Below, one piece after another: positions 1 to 13,481 of a stretch of 64,000 nt of DNA. The notes under the pieces are model-generated. The model was not told the DNA's origin. It did not search any database and saw only the letters and a program-made list of their open reading frames with translations. The stretch covers positions 37,210,304-37,274,303 of the forward strand of contig NC_092671.1 of assembly GCF_964355755.1 (NCBI RefSeq), read 5' to 3'. Source of the DNA: Antedon mediterranea. Taxonomy: Eukaryota; Animalia; Echinodermata. A program made the position numbers and the translations under genes. Numbering within the stretch: the stretch's first letter is position 1; each line of letters begins with the position of its first letter.

Positions 1-777
1 AAGATTTGCCATTATTATCTTCGTTTCTTCTTTCACCTTTCTGATAATTGTCTTCTCGTGAATTTCAATCGCTGTTCTGCTTAACTTCAAATTAGATTCA
101 AACTCTGATCTCGCTTTAGTAATAAAATCTAATCTCTCTTTTAGTTTTCTCTTAATTCCTTCAGCTGTCTTCATAGTTTCAGTAACAGTTGTATTAATCT
201 CATTCAGAGCTATCTTCATTGGGATCACCTCATGTTTATTTCTATAACAACGGACAATATGCTTGCAATCTTCACATGCAGGAAGTTTACATGTACGACA
301 GTAATCTTCCAGTTTTTTATTCGGGTGATTTTGGCAGTTTAGTGAATCTTCACTTTGTTCTTCTATGTCTGTATCCAGTGTGTATAGTGAATGGTTCTCC
401 AGCGTAGGGAACATCTTATGCTGTTGGATGCATTGTCGACACATATACATTTCACATTCAGAGCAATAGTCCTGAGGTTGATTTGCACATCTTGAGCATG
501 CTTCTGGTTTTTCAGATTCAATCTTCTCAACGTATTCGACAAGGTAACTGATTGTTTCATTGCACTTTAAATGTTTCAAATCACCATCTTTAAGATCGTA
601 CGTCTCACGGCATTTTGGACATCGTATCTTGCCGTGTCTTCTCATAAAATCTTGCAGGCAGTTAAGACAGTAAGTGTGAAGACAGTTAAGCGCCTTTGGA
701 TCTTTGAATCTTTGTAGACAGATTGAACATTGCAAATCTCCTTTGTCAAAAATCTTCAATACTGTTTTAGCAGACAT
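1..777 (-). CDS. TRIM-NHL family E3 ligase, copy 1 (5' part; runs off the window edge)
   Basis: ATG at 777 reads MSAKTVLKIFDKGDLQCSICLQRF..., open to position 1. C3HC4 RING, two B-boxes and the start of the coiled coil, colinear with copies 3 and 4. Confidence 0.9.
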   Translation of the reverse strand, partial: MSAKTVLKIFDKGDLQCSICLQRFKDPKALNCLHTYCLNCLQDFMRRHGKIRCPKCRETYDLKDGDLKHLKCNETISYLVEYVEKIESEKPEACSRCANQPQDYCSECEMYMCRQCIQQHKMFPTLENHSLYTLDTDIEEQSEDSLNCQNHPNKKLEDYCRTCKLPACEDCKHIVRCYRNKHEVIPMKIALNEINTTVTETMKTAEGIKRKLKERLDFITKARSEFESNLKLSRTAIEIHEKTIIRKVKEETKIIMANL

Positions 778-812
778 CTGTAAAATACAATACAGTATTT
801 TTTTCAGTTAGT
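778..812 (-). promoter_or_regulatory. Splice acceptor and branch point immediately before the ATG (also at 8164, 24099, 37132)
   Basis: Minus strand reads ACTAAC...tattgtattttacag|ATG; the branch point and ttttacag are kept in all four copies. Confidence 0.7.
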
Positions 813-1854
813 GTAAACTATAAAATGTATTCCAGAAGGAAGGACAGAGTGTGAGGATGCTAACGTAACCTTAATGTTGGCTTTGAAGAGCAACCAACAT
901 AAGGTACGGTAACGGTAACCTCTGCCAATTTACAAAAAAAAATATCTAAAACCATCACTGCTATAATAATACAAAGATGAACAAATATATACATAATGAA
1001 TGTTTCTGAGTTGAATGGGGTATTATTTTAATGATTTTAAAAATTGAGGTGGATCCAAGATGAATTCTGTCACGAATAGAACATTCGTTATTTGCTTCAT
1101 AACCGTCACAGATTGTCTAACAACTTTTATTCAATTTCATGTATTGTAAATGGTGACACCACGCAGTAGATATCAAGTCGGATTTCACAAATATAACCCA
1201 ATCTATCGTATCGAATACAATTATAAAAATGTTTACACAAAGCTAAAAATAGTGGCCTACAATAGTAGGGCCTACCTTCAATTGTTAAAATGAGAGAAAA
1301 TAATACATGGCTGGATATGATACAAAAGATATTATCCATGTGTGTTATAATACACATTGTATTTTTAACCTTATTTTGATTATAGAAAATGTTATGACTT
1401 ACTTTGAAAATGTTGTAAACTTCGAAAGACTGTAAATATTCAGACGAACCTTCTACTTGTGTTCCTGCTGTATGTTGTGTATTAGACAATGTAACTTCTG
1501 GCATTCAAATATTGTTATTGAACGTTCTTTCATCTAGCCTAGTAGACTGGAAAGGTGAACCGTATACTTCCGATCAGTTATTTCCTGATGTCCCTGTTAA
1601 GTACCAAGTACCTTGATAATATAACATTTTATTTAGAAAATCAGATTAGTGAGTTAATAAAACTTCTATGTTTGCTCTTTTGCGCAAATTTGAAGTTGAC
1701 CCGACCTTCCGGCACGGTTCCGGTGAATCGAACATCAATGTTTTGTTTTCACGACGCTCCTCGCGGCTTTGGGCCAATCGATTTTCCAGATGTGAACCTT
1801 TAGTGGTATTGCACAATGTAAGGTACCAAGTTCATTGCAATATACTTATTATAA

Positions 1855-3321
1855 TCTATATTATAAGTGAGAGAGTTTGTCTGTCTGTTTGTTTGTCTGT
1901 TTGTTCGTTATACAAAATTTTGTTACTGCACATAATCTTACATATGGGGTATCAAAATGACCGCAATTGTACCGGGAATGTTCTAAGCTATATTTCAACA
2001 TCATCCGCCACCTAGGATCCAAGTTAGGGACCAAGCTATATTTCAACATCATCCGCCACCTAGGATCCAAGTTAGGGACCAAAATGTGGTCAAACCCCCC
2101 ACTTTCGATGTTTGTTCGTTATACAAATTTCTGTTTCTGCACGTAACCATGCGTATGGGGTATCAAAATGATGGCAATTGTACCCGGAAGGTTTTAAACT
2201 ACATTTTAAAAAATTCCCCCGGCTCTTGGGGTTTTTGTCGGAGGGGTGGTGGGGGGGGGGGGGTGGTGTGGTGGTTTGTGATGTCATTTTTGCTAGGGCT
2301 CGGGGTTGTAGGCTATCGAATTGTAAAATTATACTACAAAAGTTTTACAGTATTTTAATTATCCTCAGCAAGGTGTTTGGGGAAATATAGATATAGATAT
2401 ACATATTTTATTCATTACCCAATATGACACCTATTCAATTACACATTTAGCAAAGTACTTTAACCATATCCAGCTATGTATCGGTCTCTTGGATTTTCTC
2501 ATTACAGACATCCATTCCTGTGTGAACATAAACACGTTGTTTACCGTTACTGTGTTCAACTACATCACGATGCCTCCAAGGAAAAAACTTGGGGGTTGGG
2601 AGTTGTGCTTCAGGGGATAGTGGGGGTTTTGCTTAGACCAGAATTGTGTTTGGAAAATGTTAAAGTATTTAATTATTCCTGGGAAGCGGCTGGGACTTTG
2701 GGGTGGGGATGTAGGCCTATCACAATGACCGAAACTGTATTTGGAATGTTTTAAACTACATTTGAAAACTGCCACTGAGGGATTATGGGTTGGGAGTGAT
2801 AATAACATAATTTGTACTGCAACCGGCTTCAACACATCACCCAGTGTATCTGGGGTGTGTTTGTAGGGGGAGGAGGAGCGAAAATACTAGCGTAATGAAG
2901 TAGCCTATATGATTGGATTGTACTAGGAAAAGTTACTAAATTTGAACTGTCCAGGGGAGGAGTTAAGGTTTGTTGATGGTGGCTGGGGTGGTGAAAGGAG
3001 AAAGAAGGCTGGGGACCGCAGTATTTAAATTACATATTTTAATTATCAGCAAATATGAAACCTATTTATTTACACAATTTACAACGTACTTCAACCATTA
3101 TTAGACCCATCGTAGCTATGCATACTCCTCTCAATTCGAAGCTTAGGTTGAATTGAATTTGTCCATCACTGGGAAGAATTTGTTTTTAAGAAAGAGTATG
3201 GGGTGTTATTGAAGAGGGGTGGAGGTTGGTGAGTATAGACAGATACTGGCGTCGGGTGTTATGTACTGAGAAGGCTGTAAACTAATTTTGAAACCCGCCC
3301 TGGGGCGGGTATAATTGCTAG
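1855..3321 (+). mobile_element. Non-autonomous Helitron (~1.47 kb)
   Basis: 5' a|TC start, (GTCT/GTTT)n tract, 3' hairpin ACCCGCCC-tg-GGGCGGGT (3293-3310), then CTAG|t. No TSD. Absent from the other units. Internal 48-bp direct duplication at ~1985-2080. Confidence 0.8.
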
Positions 3322-3785
3322 TATATTATAATTCATGATATTATTCCCTTTTATGTTCATTTCAATCTTGTGAGTTTAAAATATTTAAAGTTATGTTTAA
3401 GCCGAGTGTCCGGTCCTTTAAGAGATAATATGGGTGATACTGTTATGATATTAATATCAATACTTTTTTTAATTAAATGTGTGTCAATTAGACCTACTTT
3501 GAATTCATGATCATTAGGCAATAGCTATAATAACTAATAGCTAATTTTTTAATTGGGAAAATCCAGGAAACATTCTGCATTTTCCACAGCTGTTCTTGCA
3601 GAAGGCTGGGAATATAATGAAGAAGTAAACATGATATTACCAAAAGCACAAGGTAAAAGTGGTTTAGGATTTATATCAACAATTATGCTATTCATTTTCA
3701 GTCACAGAGAAATTCTAAATAGCCCTCAGTGATATTTTGGAAATGAATTCAATTATAAACGGTGATAAGAAAATCTGAAAGAAAA

Positions 3786-3847
3786 CCATTAGATTCAAAC
3801 CCGGAATCTTCTGCTTGAATGCGGACACCCTAACCATTAGATCACTG
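3786..3847 (-). pseudogene. Degenerate tRNA-derived sequence (SINE head or tRNA pseudogene), copy 1
   Basis: Homologous to 15517-15584 and 27405-27474; A-box-like and B-box-like motifs. Confidence 0.45.
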
Positions 3848-3884
3848 ATTGTATAGTATGGCAGGACGGACATAATGTCAAGTA

Positions 3885-5474
3885 GACATCGCTCGAGTTG
3901 AGTTTACACATCGCTCGCGTTATGGAGACATCGCTCGTGTTATGGAGACATCGCTCGAGTTGAGTTTAGACCGTATCGCTCGTGTTATGGAGACATCGCT
4001 CGAGTTGAGTTTAGACCGTATCGCTCGTGTTATGGAGACATCGCTCGAGTTGAGTTTAGACCGTATCGCTCGTGTTATGGAGACATCGCTCGAGTTGAGT
4101 TTAGACCGTATCGCTCGTGTTATGGAGACATCGCTCATGTCGAGTTTGTGTTAACAACGCTCGTGTTCAGTTTATACATCGCTCGTGTTATGGAGACACC
4201 ACTCGAGTTGAGTTTACACATCGCTCGTGTTATGGAGACATCGCTCGAGTTGAGTTTACACATCGCTCGTGTTATGTTGACATCGCTCGAATTGAGTTTA
4301 CACATCGCTCGTGTTATGTTGACACCGCTCGAATTGAGTTTACACATCGCTCGTGTTATGGAGACATCGCTCGAGTTGAGTTTACACATCGCTCGTGTTA
4401 TGTTGACATCGCTCGTGTTGAGTTTATACATTGCTCGTGTTATGTTGACACCACTCGAATTGAGTTTACACATCGCTCGTGTTATGGAGACATCGCTCGA
4501 GTTGAGTTTACACATCGCTCGTGTTATGTTGACATCGCTCGACGTGTTGAGTTTATACATTGCTCGTGTTATGTTGACACCGCTCGAATTGAGTTTACAC
4601 ATCGCTCGTGTTATGGAGACATTGCTCGAGTTGAGTTTACACATCGCTCGTGTTATATTGACATCGCTCGAGTTTAGTTTACACATCGCTCGTGTTATAT
4701 TGACATCGCTCGAGTTTAGTTTACACATTGCTCGTGTTATGGATACATCACTCGAGTTGAGTTTACATATCGCTCGTGTTATATTGACATCGCTCGAGTT
4801 TAGTTTAGTTTACACATCGCTCGTGTTATGGATACATCGCTCGAGTTGAGTTTACACATCGCTCGTGTTATGGTGACATCGCTCGAGTTGAGTTTACACA
4901 CATCGCTCGTGTTATGGATACATCGCTCGTGTTGAGTTTACACATCGCTCGTGTTATGGTGACATCGCTCGAGTTGAGTTTACACATCGCTCGTGTTATG
5001 GAGACACCGCTCGAGTTGAGTTTACACATCGCTCGTGTTATGGAGACATCGCTCGAGTTGAGTTTACACACATCGCTCGTGTTATGGATACATCGCTCGA
5101 GTTGAGTTTACACATCGCTCGTGTTATGGTGACATCGCTCGAGTTGAGTTTACACACATCGCTCGTGTTATGGTAACATCGCTCGTGTTGAGTTTACACA
5201 TCGCTCGTGTTATGGAGACACCGCTCGAGTTGAGTTTACACATCGCTCGTGTTATGGATACATCGCTCGAGTTGAGTTTACACATCGCTCGTGTTATGGA
5301 GACATCGCTCGAGTTGAGTTTATACATCGCTCGTGTTATGGAGACACCACTCGTGTTGAGTTTACACATTGCTCGTTTTATGTTGACATCGCTCGAGTTG
5401 AGTTTACACATCGCTCGTGTTATGGTGACATCGCTCGTTTTGAGTTTACACATATCGCTCGTGTTATGTTGACA
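3885..5474. repeat. 42-bp minisatellite, ~38 copies
   Basis: Unit CATCGCTCGTGTTATGGAGA+CATCGCTCGAGTTGAGTTTACA; 14-aa periodicity in the ORF track. Confidence 0.95.
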
Positions 5475-5998
5475 CACATTCTTTGTTTTTCTCCTATCCC
5501 AAGGTTAAGGAGTGATTTAGAAAGATGTTATGGTTAGCATACATTTTCTTTCGGCTCATTAAATTATCGTTAAAATGTAACAGGTTTTCACTGTTAGGCT
5601 TAAAGTTTATTTGTTTGTAACAAAAAACTTATCTAGGCTTCCTTCTACACATGCTTTTTATTATGTTACATCGTGTATTTTTTGTATGTGTAGAGAATTG
5701 TTAATATACGAAACGAAACGAAACTGATATAATAAGTAATTCAACAAAAGTCATTTAAGATATTTAAACTTAATTTTAATGCATTTAGTATTATTTACAT
5801 TATAAAATTGGTTCAACAGAAAGTATAAAAATACAAGGCTATTTAATTTTAATTTTTCTTACATTCCTTGGCATCTGAAACGAAGATATGTAATTAATTT
5901 TGTTGGTTTATTATATACGATGTGCATAGTGTTATGGTAGTTGGCGTGTGTGGCCGCACCGTCCCAGAATAAACATGTTTTCATGTTTTGTAGTTATT

Positions 5999-8163
5999 TT
6001 AATAATTAAATATTTTTACATTGTTTGATCTGTGGTTTTCCACTACGGCTCTCCTTGGTCTTTCTGAGATTGCAGCCATCCCACATGGAGTATCCAACCC
6101 ATCATCTTTGTTATCTATTCGTTTAATGAATTTACCATTTTGATCAAATAGTTGTAGTTTATGATTACTGGATACTATCATATTTCCACCCATATCTATG
6201 GTTATACCATGAGGACACCAGACTTTACCATCTTCTTCACCGTAGCCTACAAGAATCTTAATCAGCTTATCATTACCATCAAACATTTGTATTCTGCAAT
6301 TTCCAAATTCAGCAACAATCAAATGACCATCCTTTGTTACAGCAACATCTTCTGTTTTTTTCATTTGACCGGCTTCACTACCTTCAGAACTTATCTTACC
6401 CAGTAGACTACCATCATCAATAATGAATTTAAATACACAGTGACATTCATAATCTGCTACATATAACATCCTGCTCTTTTGGTTTACTGTTACTCCCATT
6501 GGATGTTTTAATACTCCTTTACCAAAGGTTCGGATTTCATGATATTGATTATCACACATTACAACACATTTACCTAAATAATCACTATACACCATGTGAC
6601 CATTGCCAATTTGATGCATGCAAGTGACTTTTACATTTTGTGGTATTTGTATCTTAGAAACAAAACCACCTGATTGATCAAACTTTAGTAAATCTTTACT
6701 GAAGCTTGGCACTAACATACACCCATCAGTATCTAATACTACATCTGTCACATTGTTTTCTTTATTTTTTTCTTTATACTGTGATATGTTATCTATGGTA
6801 TGTACAAGTCCAAGAGGTTGCACCTTGATACTTACAGGTGAAGCTATGACGTGTAACATAGCTCCACCAATGATATCCATGTGCCAGTCTCCTTCCAGAT
6901 TGCATCTACCTGTTACTGTGTATTCTCCCTTTCTGCGTGTTACTTCAGTGGCTGATTTCTCACCTAATGGGTTGCTTAGTGCAGCTGTTACCTTACCAAC
7001 ATTGCTCTCTGCTAGAATTGATATTCTCACACTAAATGGCTGTCCTTTTGTAACTGAAATGTTCTCATCTTCTTTATTAACCTTGTATATACCACCAACA
7101 GTGATAAGTTTACCAACACCTTCATGATTCATCAACTCAACCAGTTTTGGAGACGGAATAAACTTTGGTGTAATTCTTGTTTTAGCAAATGATTTATCCA
7201 ATTCATCTGCTGCAGCGTCATTCTCAACTACAGTGATAGTTGTCTGGTATGATGCAAGGTTTTCTGTTTCTGTTGGTTTATTCATTGTTTTCTTGATTGA
7301 TTCCATCAACGTGTTTACTTGTGTCAGCTTTGATTCAATACTTTTAACTTGACGATCAATAACTTTGCTTTGTTCTTTATAAATCTGGGTAATATTTGCC
7401 ATCATTATCTTCGTTTCTTCCTTCACCTTTCTGATAATTTTACTCTCGTGAATTTCAATCGCTGTTCTGCTTAACTTTAAATTAGATTCAAACTCTGATC
7501 TCTCTTTAGTAATAACATCTAATTTCTCTTTTAGTTGTCTCTTAATGCCTTCAGCTGTCTTCATAGTTTCAGTAACAGTTTTGTTGATGTCATTCAGAGC
7601 TGTCTCCATTGGTATCACCTTGTGTTGATTTCTATAACAACTGAGAATATGTTTGCAATCTTCACATGCAGGAAGTTTACATGTACGACAGTAATCTTCC
7701 AGTTTTTTATCCGGGTGATTTTTGCAGTTTAGTGAATCTTCACTTTGTTCTTCTATGTCTGTATCCAGTGTGTATAGTGGATGGTTCGCCAGCGTAGGGA
7801 ACATCTTATGATGTTGGATGCATTGCCTACACATATAGATTTCACATTCAGAGCAATAGTCCTGAGGTTGATTCGCACATCTTGAGCATGCTTCTGGTTT
7901 TTCGGATTCAATCTTCTCAACGTATTCAACTAGGTAACTAATTGTTTCATTGCACTTCAAATTTTCAAATCACCATCTTTAAGATCGCACGTCTCACGGC
8001 ATTTTGGACATCGTATCTTGCCGTGTCTTCTCATCAAATCTTGCAGGCAGTTAAGACAGTAAATGTGAAGACAGTTAAGCGCCTTTGGATCTGTGAATCT
8101 TTGTAGACAGATTGAACATTCCAGATCTCTTTTGTCAAAAAACTTTACTATTTTAGCAGACAT
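5999..8163 (-). pseudogene. TRIM-NHL copy 2, frameshifted just after the RING
   Basis: ORF 7957-8163 (RING only) and ORF 5999-7960 (remainder). + strand cacttcaaat-tttcaaatc versus cacttcaaatgtttcaaatc in copy 3 shows a 1-bp deletion at 7962/7963. Confidence 0.8.
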
Positions 8164-9625
8164 CTGTAAAATATAATACAGTATTTTTTTCAGTTAGTGT
8201 AAACTATAAGACGTATTCCAGAAGGAAGGACAGAGTGTGAGGATGATCAACATAACCCTAATGTTGGCTTTGGATGGATGGCTAAGAAATAAAATAAGAA
8301 AATGCTTTCTTAAATGTCTACTATTAAAAGAAGAGCAACCAACATAAAGTACGGTAACCTCTGTAAATTATTATTTACGGGAAAACAATCTAAAACCATC
8401 ATATTCTAATGCAAAGATCAACAAATTGAGTTGAATGGGATAAATTTTAATGATTTTAAAAATTGAGGCGGGGCCATGATGAATTCTGTCACGAATACAA
8501 CATTCGTTATTTGCTTCATAACCGTCACACATTGTCTAACAACTTTTTTTCAATTTCATGTATTGAAATGGCGATACCATGCAGTAGATATACAGTCAGA
8601 ATTTACAAATATAACCCAATCTATCCTATCGAATACAATTATAAAAATGTTTACACAAGCTAAAAAGCGTGGCCTACAATAGTAGGGCCTACCTTCAATC
8701 GTTAAAATGAGAGAAATATGGCTGGATACAAATATTATCCATGTGTGTTATTTACTTATTTTTATCATAGAAAAGGTTATTACTTACTTTGAAAATGTTG
8801 TAATCTTTAAAAGACTGTAAATATTCAGACGAACCTTCTACTTGTGTTCCTGTTCCTGCTGTCTGTTGTGTATTAGGGAATATACCTTCTGGCCTTCAAA
8901 TATTGTTATTTAACGTTCTTTCTAGTAGACTGGAAATGTGTACCGTACTTGTGTTCCTGTTCCTGCCGTCTATTTTGTATCAGACAATGTACCTTCTGGC
9001 CTTCAAATATTTTTATTGAACGTTCTTTCATCTAGCCTAGTAGACTGGAAATGTGAACTGTACTTGCGATCTGTTGAATGCGTGTAGATTATTAGTGCTT
9101 GATAATATAACATTTGTATTTAGAAAGGGTAGGAAGGGTAGTAAATTAATAACAAAAAAAAACTTCTTTGTTTGCTCTTTTACGTAATTGTGCAATAGAG
9201 GTAAACAAAAGTCAGTTTACATAAGATACGGTAGTGTTAACAATATATTTAATATTAACGTTATATTTTTACCCACGAAAGACCCTTTTGAGAAGTTGAC
9301 TCAAACTTTAGTGAATAGGCCTAAACTTTATATAATTTTGACATTTCTTATGCGGATTTTAATCCTAAGTTATTATTAAAAGTTAATGAGTGCCTGGTCC
9401 TCGAAAGACAATATGGGTTATAATGTTATTGTTTTAATACGTTTTAATTATTAAATACGGTTTGTCAATGTTTACACAAATTAAGTTGGAAAAAATAGGC
9501 CCTTTAATTTGAATTCATGAGCAATTTGTAACTATAATTAAAATTGGGAAAATCCAGTGTTCTGATTAGACTTGCTTTATGTATTTGTGTTTGCCAGTTA
9601 CGCTTAGCAACTAGAGACCAAAAAA

Positions 9626-9986
9626 GCACCAATAGGTTTATCATGTAACCAGGTCCCTGGATTTATTATTAACTTAGACCAATAGATTTATCACGTAACC
9701 AGGTCCATGGATTTATTATTAACTTAGACCAATAGATTTATCACGTAACCAGGTCCATGGATTTATTATTAACTTGTATAGACCAATAGATTTATCACGT
9801 AACCAGGTCCATGGATTTATTATTAACTTATATATACCAATAGATTTATCACGTAACCAGGTCTATGGATTTATTATTAACTTGTATAGACCAATAGATT
9901 TATCACGTAACCAGGTCCATGGATTTATTATTAACTTATATATACCAATAGATTTATCACGTAACCAGGTCTATGGATTTATTATT
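9626..9986. repeat. 54/49-bp minisatellite, left part (~7 copies)
   Basis: Unit TTGTATAGACCAATAGATTTATCACGTAACCAGGTCCATGGATTTATTATTAAC. Confidence 0.95.
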
Positions 9987-10058
9987 TAATTATTATTTAA
10001 ATTTTTTATTTTTTATTATTTAAATTATTTTAAAACCACCTGCATTTAGTTACTACGT

Positions 10059-13000
10059 ATGATGGCTGCTCAACGTATCTTTTCTGCTATTTGTCTCTTT
10101 TTGTGTTTTGCATCAACTATTGGTGTTATTAAACCTTGTCTATCGAATTTAAGTAGGACCTCGAACCCACAGTTTCGTTTTCAGTGCAATACCTCTATAC
10201 AAATATGTTATACTTTAGACGCAAATTTGGACCATTTGCTAGGCTCAACTTCTGCATTATGTTGCGAGTGCTCGCATGGTGTGGAGTGCACTGTAGCCCT
10301 GGATCGACTAAGGCAATGGGCTCAGTTCTGTACCTTGTTTACTAGGCCTAGGTGGTCTATTTTAGCATTTGCCTATCTAACAAAGCCTAAAGGTAAACGA
10401 AAACATGCTATTAAATATAGTGGAGCTAGGGTTCCTTACTATTCAAGTTATTATTGTTCATCAAGTTTTCAGCCGGAACTTTCCTTATGCGGTGATATTG
10501 AACAAAATCCAGGCCCCGCAGAGGAAAACAAGGACAGGGCTAGTGATAACACAAACACAAGTAACAACAGTAATAATCCAACATTTTATTACCAAAATAT
10601 AAGAAGTCTTAAAAACAAGATGGACACATATCATTCTGAACTGAATGTGCACCTCATTAATAACACGTTCGACTTTGTTGCATTTACCGAGACTTGGCTA
10701 AATTCAACGGTTCTTGACTCCGAACTTTACTGTGATGGTTTTACAATTCATAGAAGGGACAGGAACGATGGCAGAAGAGGTGGTGGTGTTCTTTTCCTAG
10801 CTTCTAATCAGTATAAGTCTCGACGTCTGGAGCACCTTGAGAAACCAAATATTGAAATCCTCTGGGTTGAAATTAAGCTAACCAAGACAAAACGAGTGCT
10901 GGTTGCTGTTATTTACAGGCCACCCAACAGCGGAAGAGATGTCATGTTGCAACTAGCGCAATCAGTTGAAGATGCATCAGCCATGTATTCAAGGCATCAT
11001 ATTGTTCTTATTGGAGATCTGAATCTTTCTGAAATCACGTGGACCAATGATGGATCTGGAACTGCACCTGCTAACTCATTGGGTGAACTTTTTATTGACT
11101 GTTTTATTAATGGACATAATTTGTTTCAGTGCAATGTCAATCCAACGTGCAATAATAATGTTTTAGATTTAATTTTGTGTAATAATTCAATTGATTTAAT
11201 CTCGGATATTTCTGCTGGTCAGAATATTTTTGAATCTGATCATTCTTCAATTTCATTTATTCTTAAAATCTCAATTCAAAAACACTTTTCTAGGGATTCA
11301 AGACAACTATATTGTTTCAAGGCTGTAAATAATGATGATCTTTTAAATGCTTTTAATGTTATACCTTTTGATTTAATCCATATGTGCAATGATATTAACG
11401 ATAGTGTTTCTCTTTTTTATGATTTAGTTGATGCTGCTCTCCGTGACCTTGTGCCTATTGTTAGACCTAAAAGAAAAATGCCGCCATGGTTTGATAATGA
11501 AGTTAGAGTCGCTCTTAAAAACAAAGAGAAATGTTTTCGTATCTCTAAACGACTTAATACACATGAATCAAAACATGCTTTTTCCGTTGCCAGAAAAGAA
11601 TTTAAAGTCCTTATGAAACTTAAATATAAAAGTTATATGCAATCCCTTTCTGGGAATCTTAAGGCAAATCCCAAACGCTTCTGGTCGTGGATAAAGACCA
11701 AAACTAAATCGTCTTCTTATCCGTCGGTTATGTCGCATGGGCACTAGGTCGCGGAGACAACAAATGATAAGGCTGCTTTATTTAACAGTTATTTTCATTC
11801 AGTTTTTAGATCTGGACCTTCTGTGACTGATGAACACCAATGTCTGCCTGAGGCTTCTGTCGGCATTCTCAATGCTCCAATTATTCAATCTGAAATTGTT
11901 AACTCGTTACTGTCATCCATTCAGACTCATAAGGCATCTGGATGTGATAATCTCAGTAACCATGTTCTTAAAGTTTGTTCTCGTCCTCTTTCTATTCCTA
12001 TTTCTTTCCTCTTTAATAAATCTCTTCAAACCGGTAAATTTCCTTCTGTTTGGAAACGTTCCAATATTGTTCCTATTCATAAGGGGGGGACCAAGAAATT
12101 GATTTCTAACTATAGACCTATCTCTCTGTTGCCTACCATTTCTAAATTGTTTGAAAAAATTGTTTTTAACCATATCTCGACTCATGTTTCTCCTGCCATT
12201 GCTTCCTGTCAGCATGGCTTTGTAGCTGGTAGGTCATGTGAAACAAACCTTGCCACCCTGTTGACCACAGTTTACGAAGCCATTGATGACAGGAAGCAAT
12301 GTGATATTATTTACACAGACTTTTCTAAGGCGTTTGATCTTGTTCCTCATAATTTACTCTTATTAAAATTACAACGTTTTGGTTTTCATTATGATTTTAT
12401 CTCCTGGTTTCGTAGTTATCTTAATGGTAGGTTCCAGAGAGTGGTCATTGAGGGTATATCCTCTGAATGGCTTCCTATTCATTCCGGTGTCCCTCAGGGA
12501 TCGATTCTTGGTCCTCTCCTTTTCAATCTTTTTGTCAATGATATCCCAAAACTCTTCACCCACTCCAGATGTCTTATGTTTGCTGATGATGTTAAGCTAT
12601 ACAAAATTATTGGTAGTGTTGAGGATGCTGACAGGCTTCAGGTGGACTTGGACAAGCTATGTTCTTGGGCAGCTTTATGGGGTATGTCCCTCAATCCAGT
12701 AAAGTGCAATATTTTAACTATTACTTTGAAAAAGAACATTTTATTTTATAATTATTTAATTAATGACAATCCCATTAATAGGGTGCAATCGCAAAAAGAT
12801 CTTGGTGTTTTTATTGATAGTTCCCTTTGTTTTTCTTTTCATATTGATTATCTTGTTGGCAAGTGCAATAGACTGCTTGGGCTGATGTGGCGTAATTGTA
12901 AACATTTTGACAGGCAAACCAAAATCCACCTTTATTATTCAATTATCCATCCTATTCTCAACTTCAGTTCTGTTATTTTTAATTCTATTTCGAAAACTCA

Positions 13001-13373
13001 GTCTACGCGCATTCAGCGTCTGCATAACCGTTTTTTACGCTACATCAGCCACAACCAGAATCCTGACTTTCATTTCCATGTCCGATCTCCTGAGTCTCGT
13101 AGAACCTTTTTTGATCTTGTTTTTTTGTATAAATGTATTAATTCTTTATTTGACTGTAATTTAGTTAGTAATTTTTATCTTAGAGTCCCTAGTCGTCGTC
13201 TTAGAAGAAATACTACTTTTCATATTCCTTTTAGTAGAGTAAATGTTTTAAAAAATGGTTTTATTAGTAGATTAAGTCAAACTTATAATTCTTTTACTTT
13301 AAGAAATCCTGAGTTAGATATCTTTAGTAATAATTTCCGTAAGTTTCGTAACATTGTTAGTAGTTTAGTTTAA
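10059..13373 (+). pseudogene. LINE polyprotein (leader-2A-APE endonuclease-reverse transcriptase), ~1104 codons with one in-frame TAG at 11745-11747
   Basis: APE motifs YQNIRSL, FTETWL, IYRPP, IGDLN, SDH. RT motifs DFSKAFD, GVPQGSILGP, FADD. ORFs 10059-11747 and 11823-13373 are in the same frame. Confidence 0.9.
10491..10517 (+). other. 2A-like StopGo motif GDIEQNPGP
   Basis: Exact match to D(V/I)ExNPG|P at codons 145-153, just before the endonuclease domain. Confidence 0.85.
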
Positions 13374-13481
13374 TGTTTGTTATTGTATATGTTCGTGTTT
13401 GTCTGTGTTCCCTCCTGTAAGTGGTGAACCATGAGCTCACTGTTGGTTGGGAAATGAATAAATAAAATAAAATAAAATAAA

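Larger units (their letters stand above)
9987..13481 (+). mobile_element. CR1-group non-LTR retrotransposon (~3.5 kb) inserted in the minisatellite
   Basis: APE endonuclease plus RT frame, short 3' UTR and (AATAA)n tail at ~13458-13481. The repeat unit is split at ggatttattatt|aacttgtatag, with no clear TSD. Confidence 0.92.

Noticed and set aside
3920-5477. Repetitive ORFs on both strands (also 13483-14350, 27523-33272, 63255-63998)
   Set aside because: They arise from repeat units with lengths divisible by 3; frames break at frequent indels and show no domain signal.
6161-7127. Antisense ORFs recurring over the TRIM genes (MITGYYH..., MLSMVCT...)
   Set aside because: Shadow ORFs of the conserved coding strand; lengths vary between copies.
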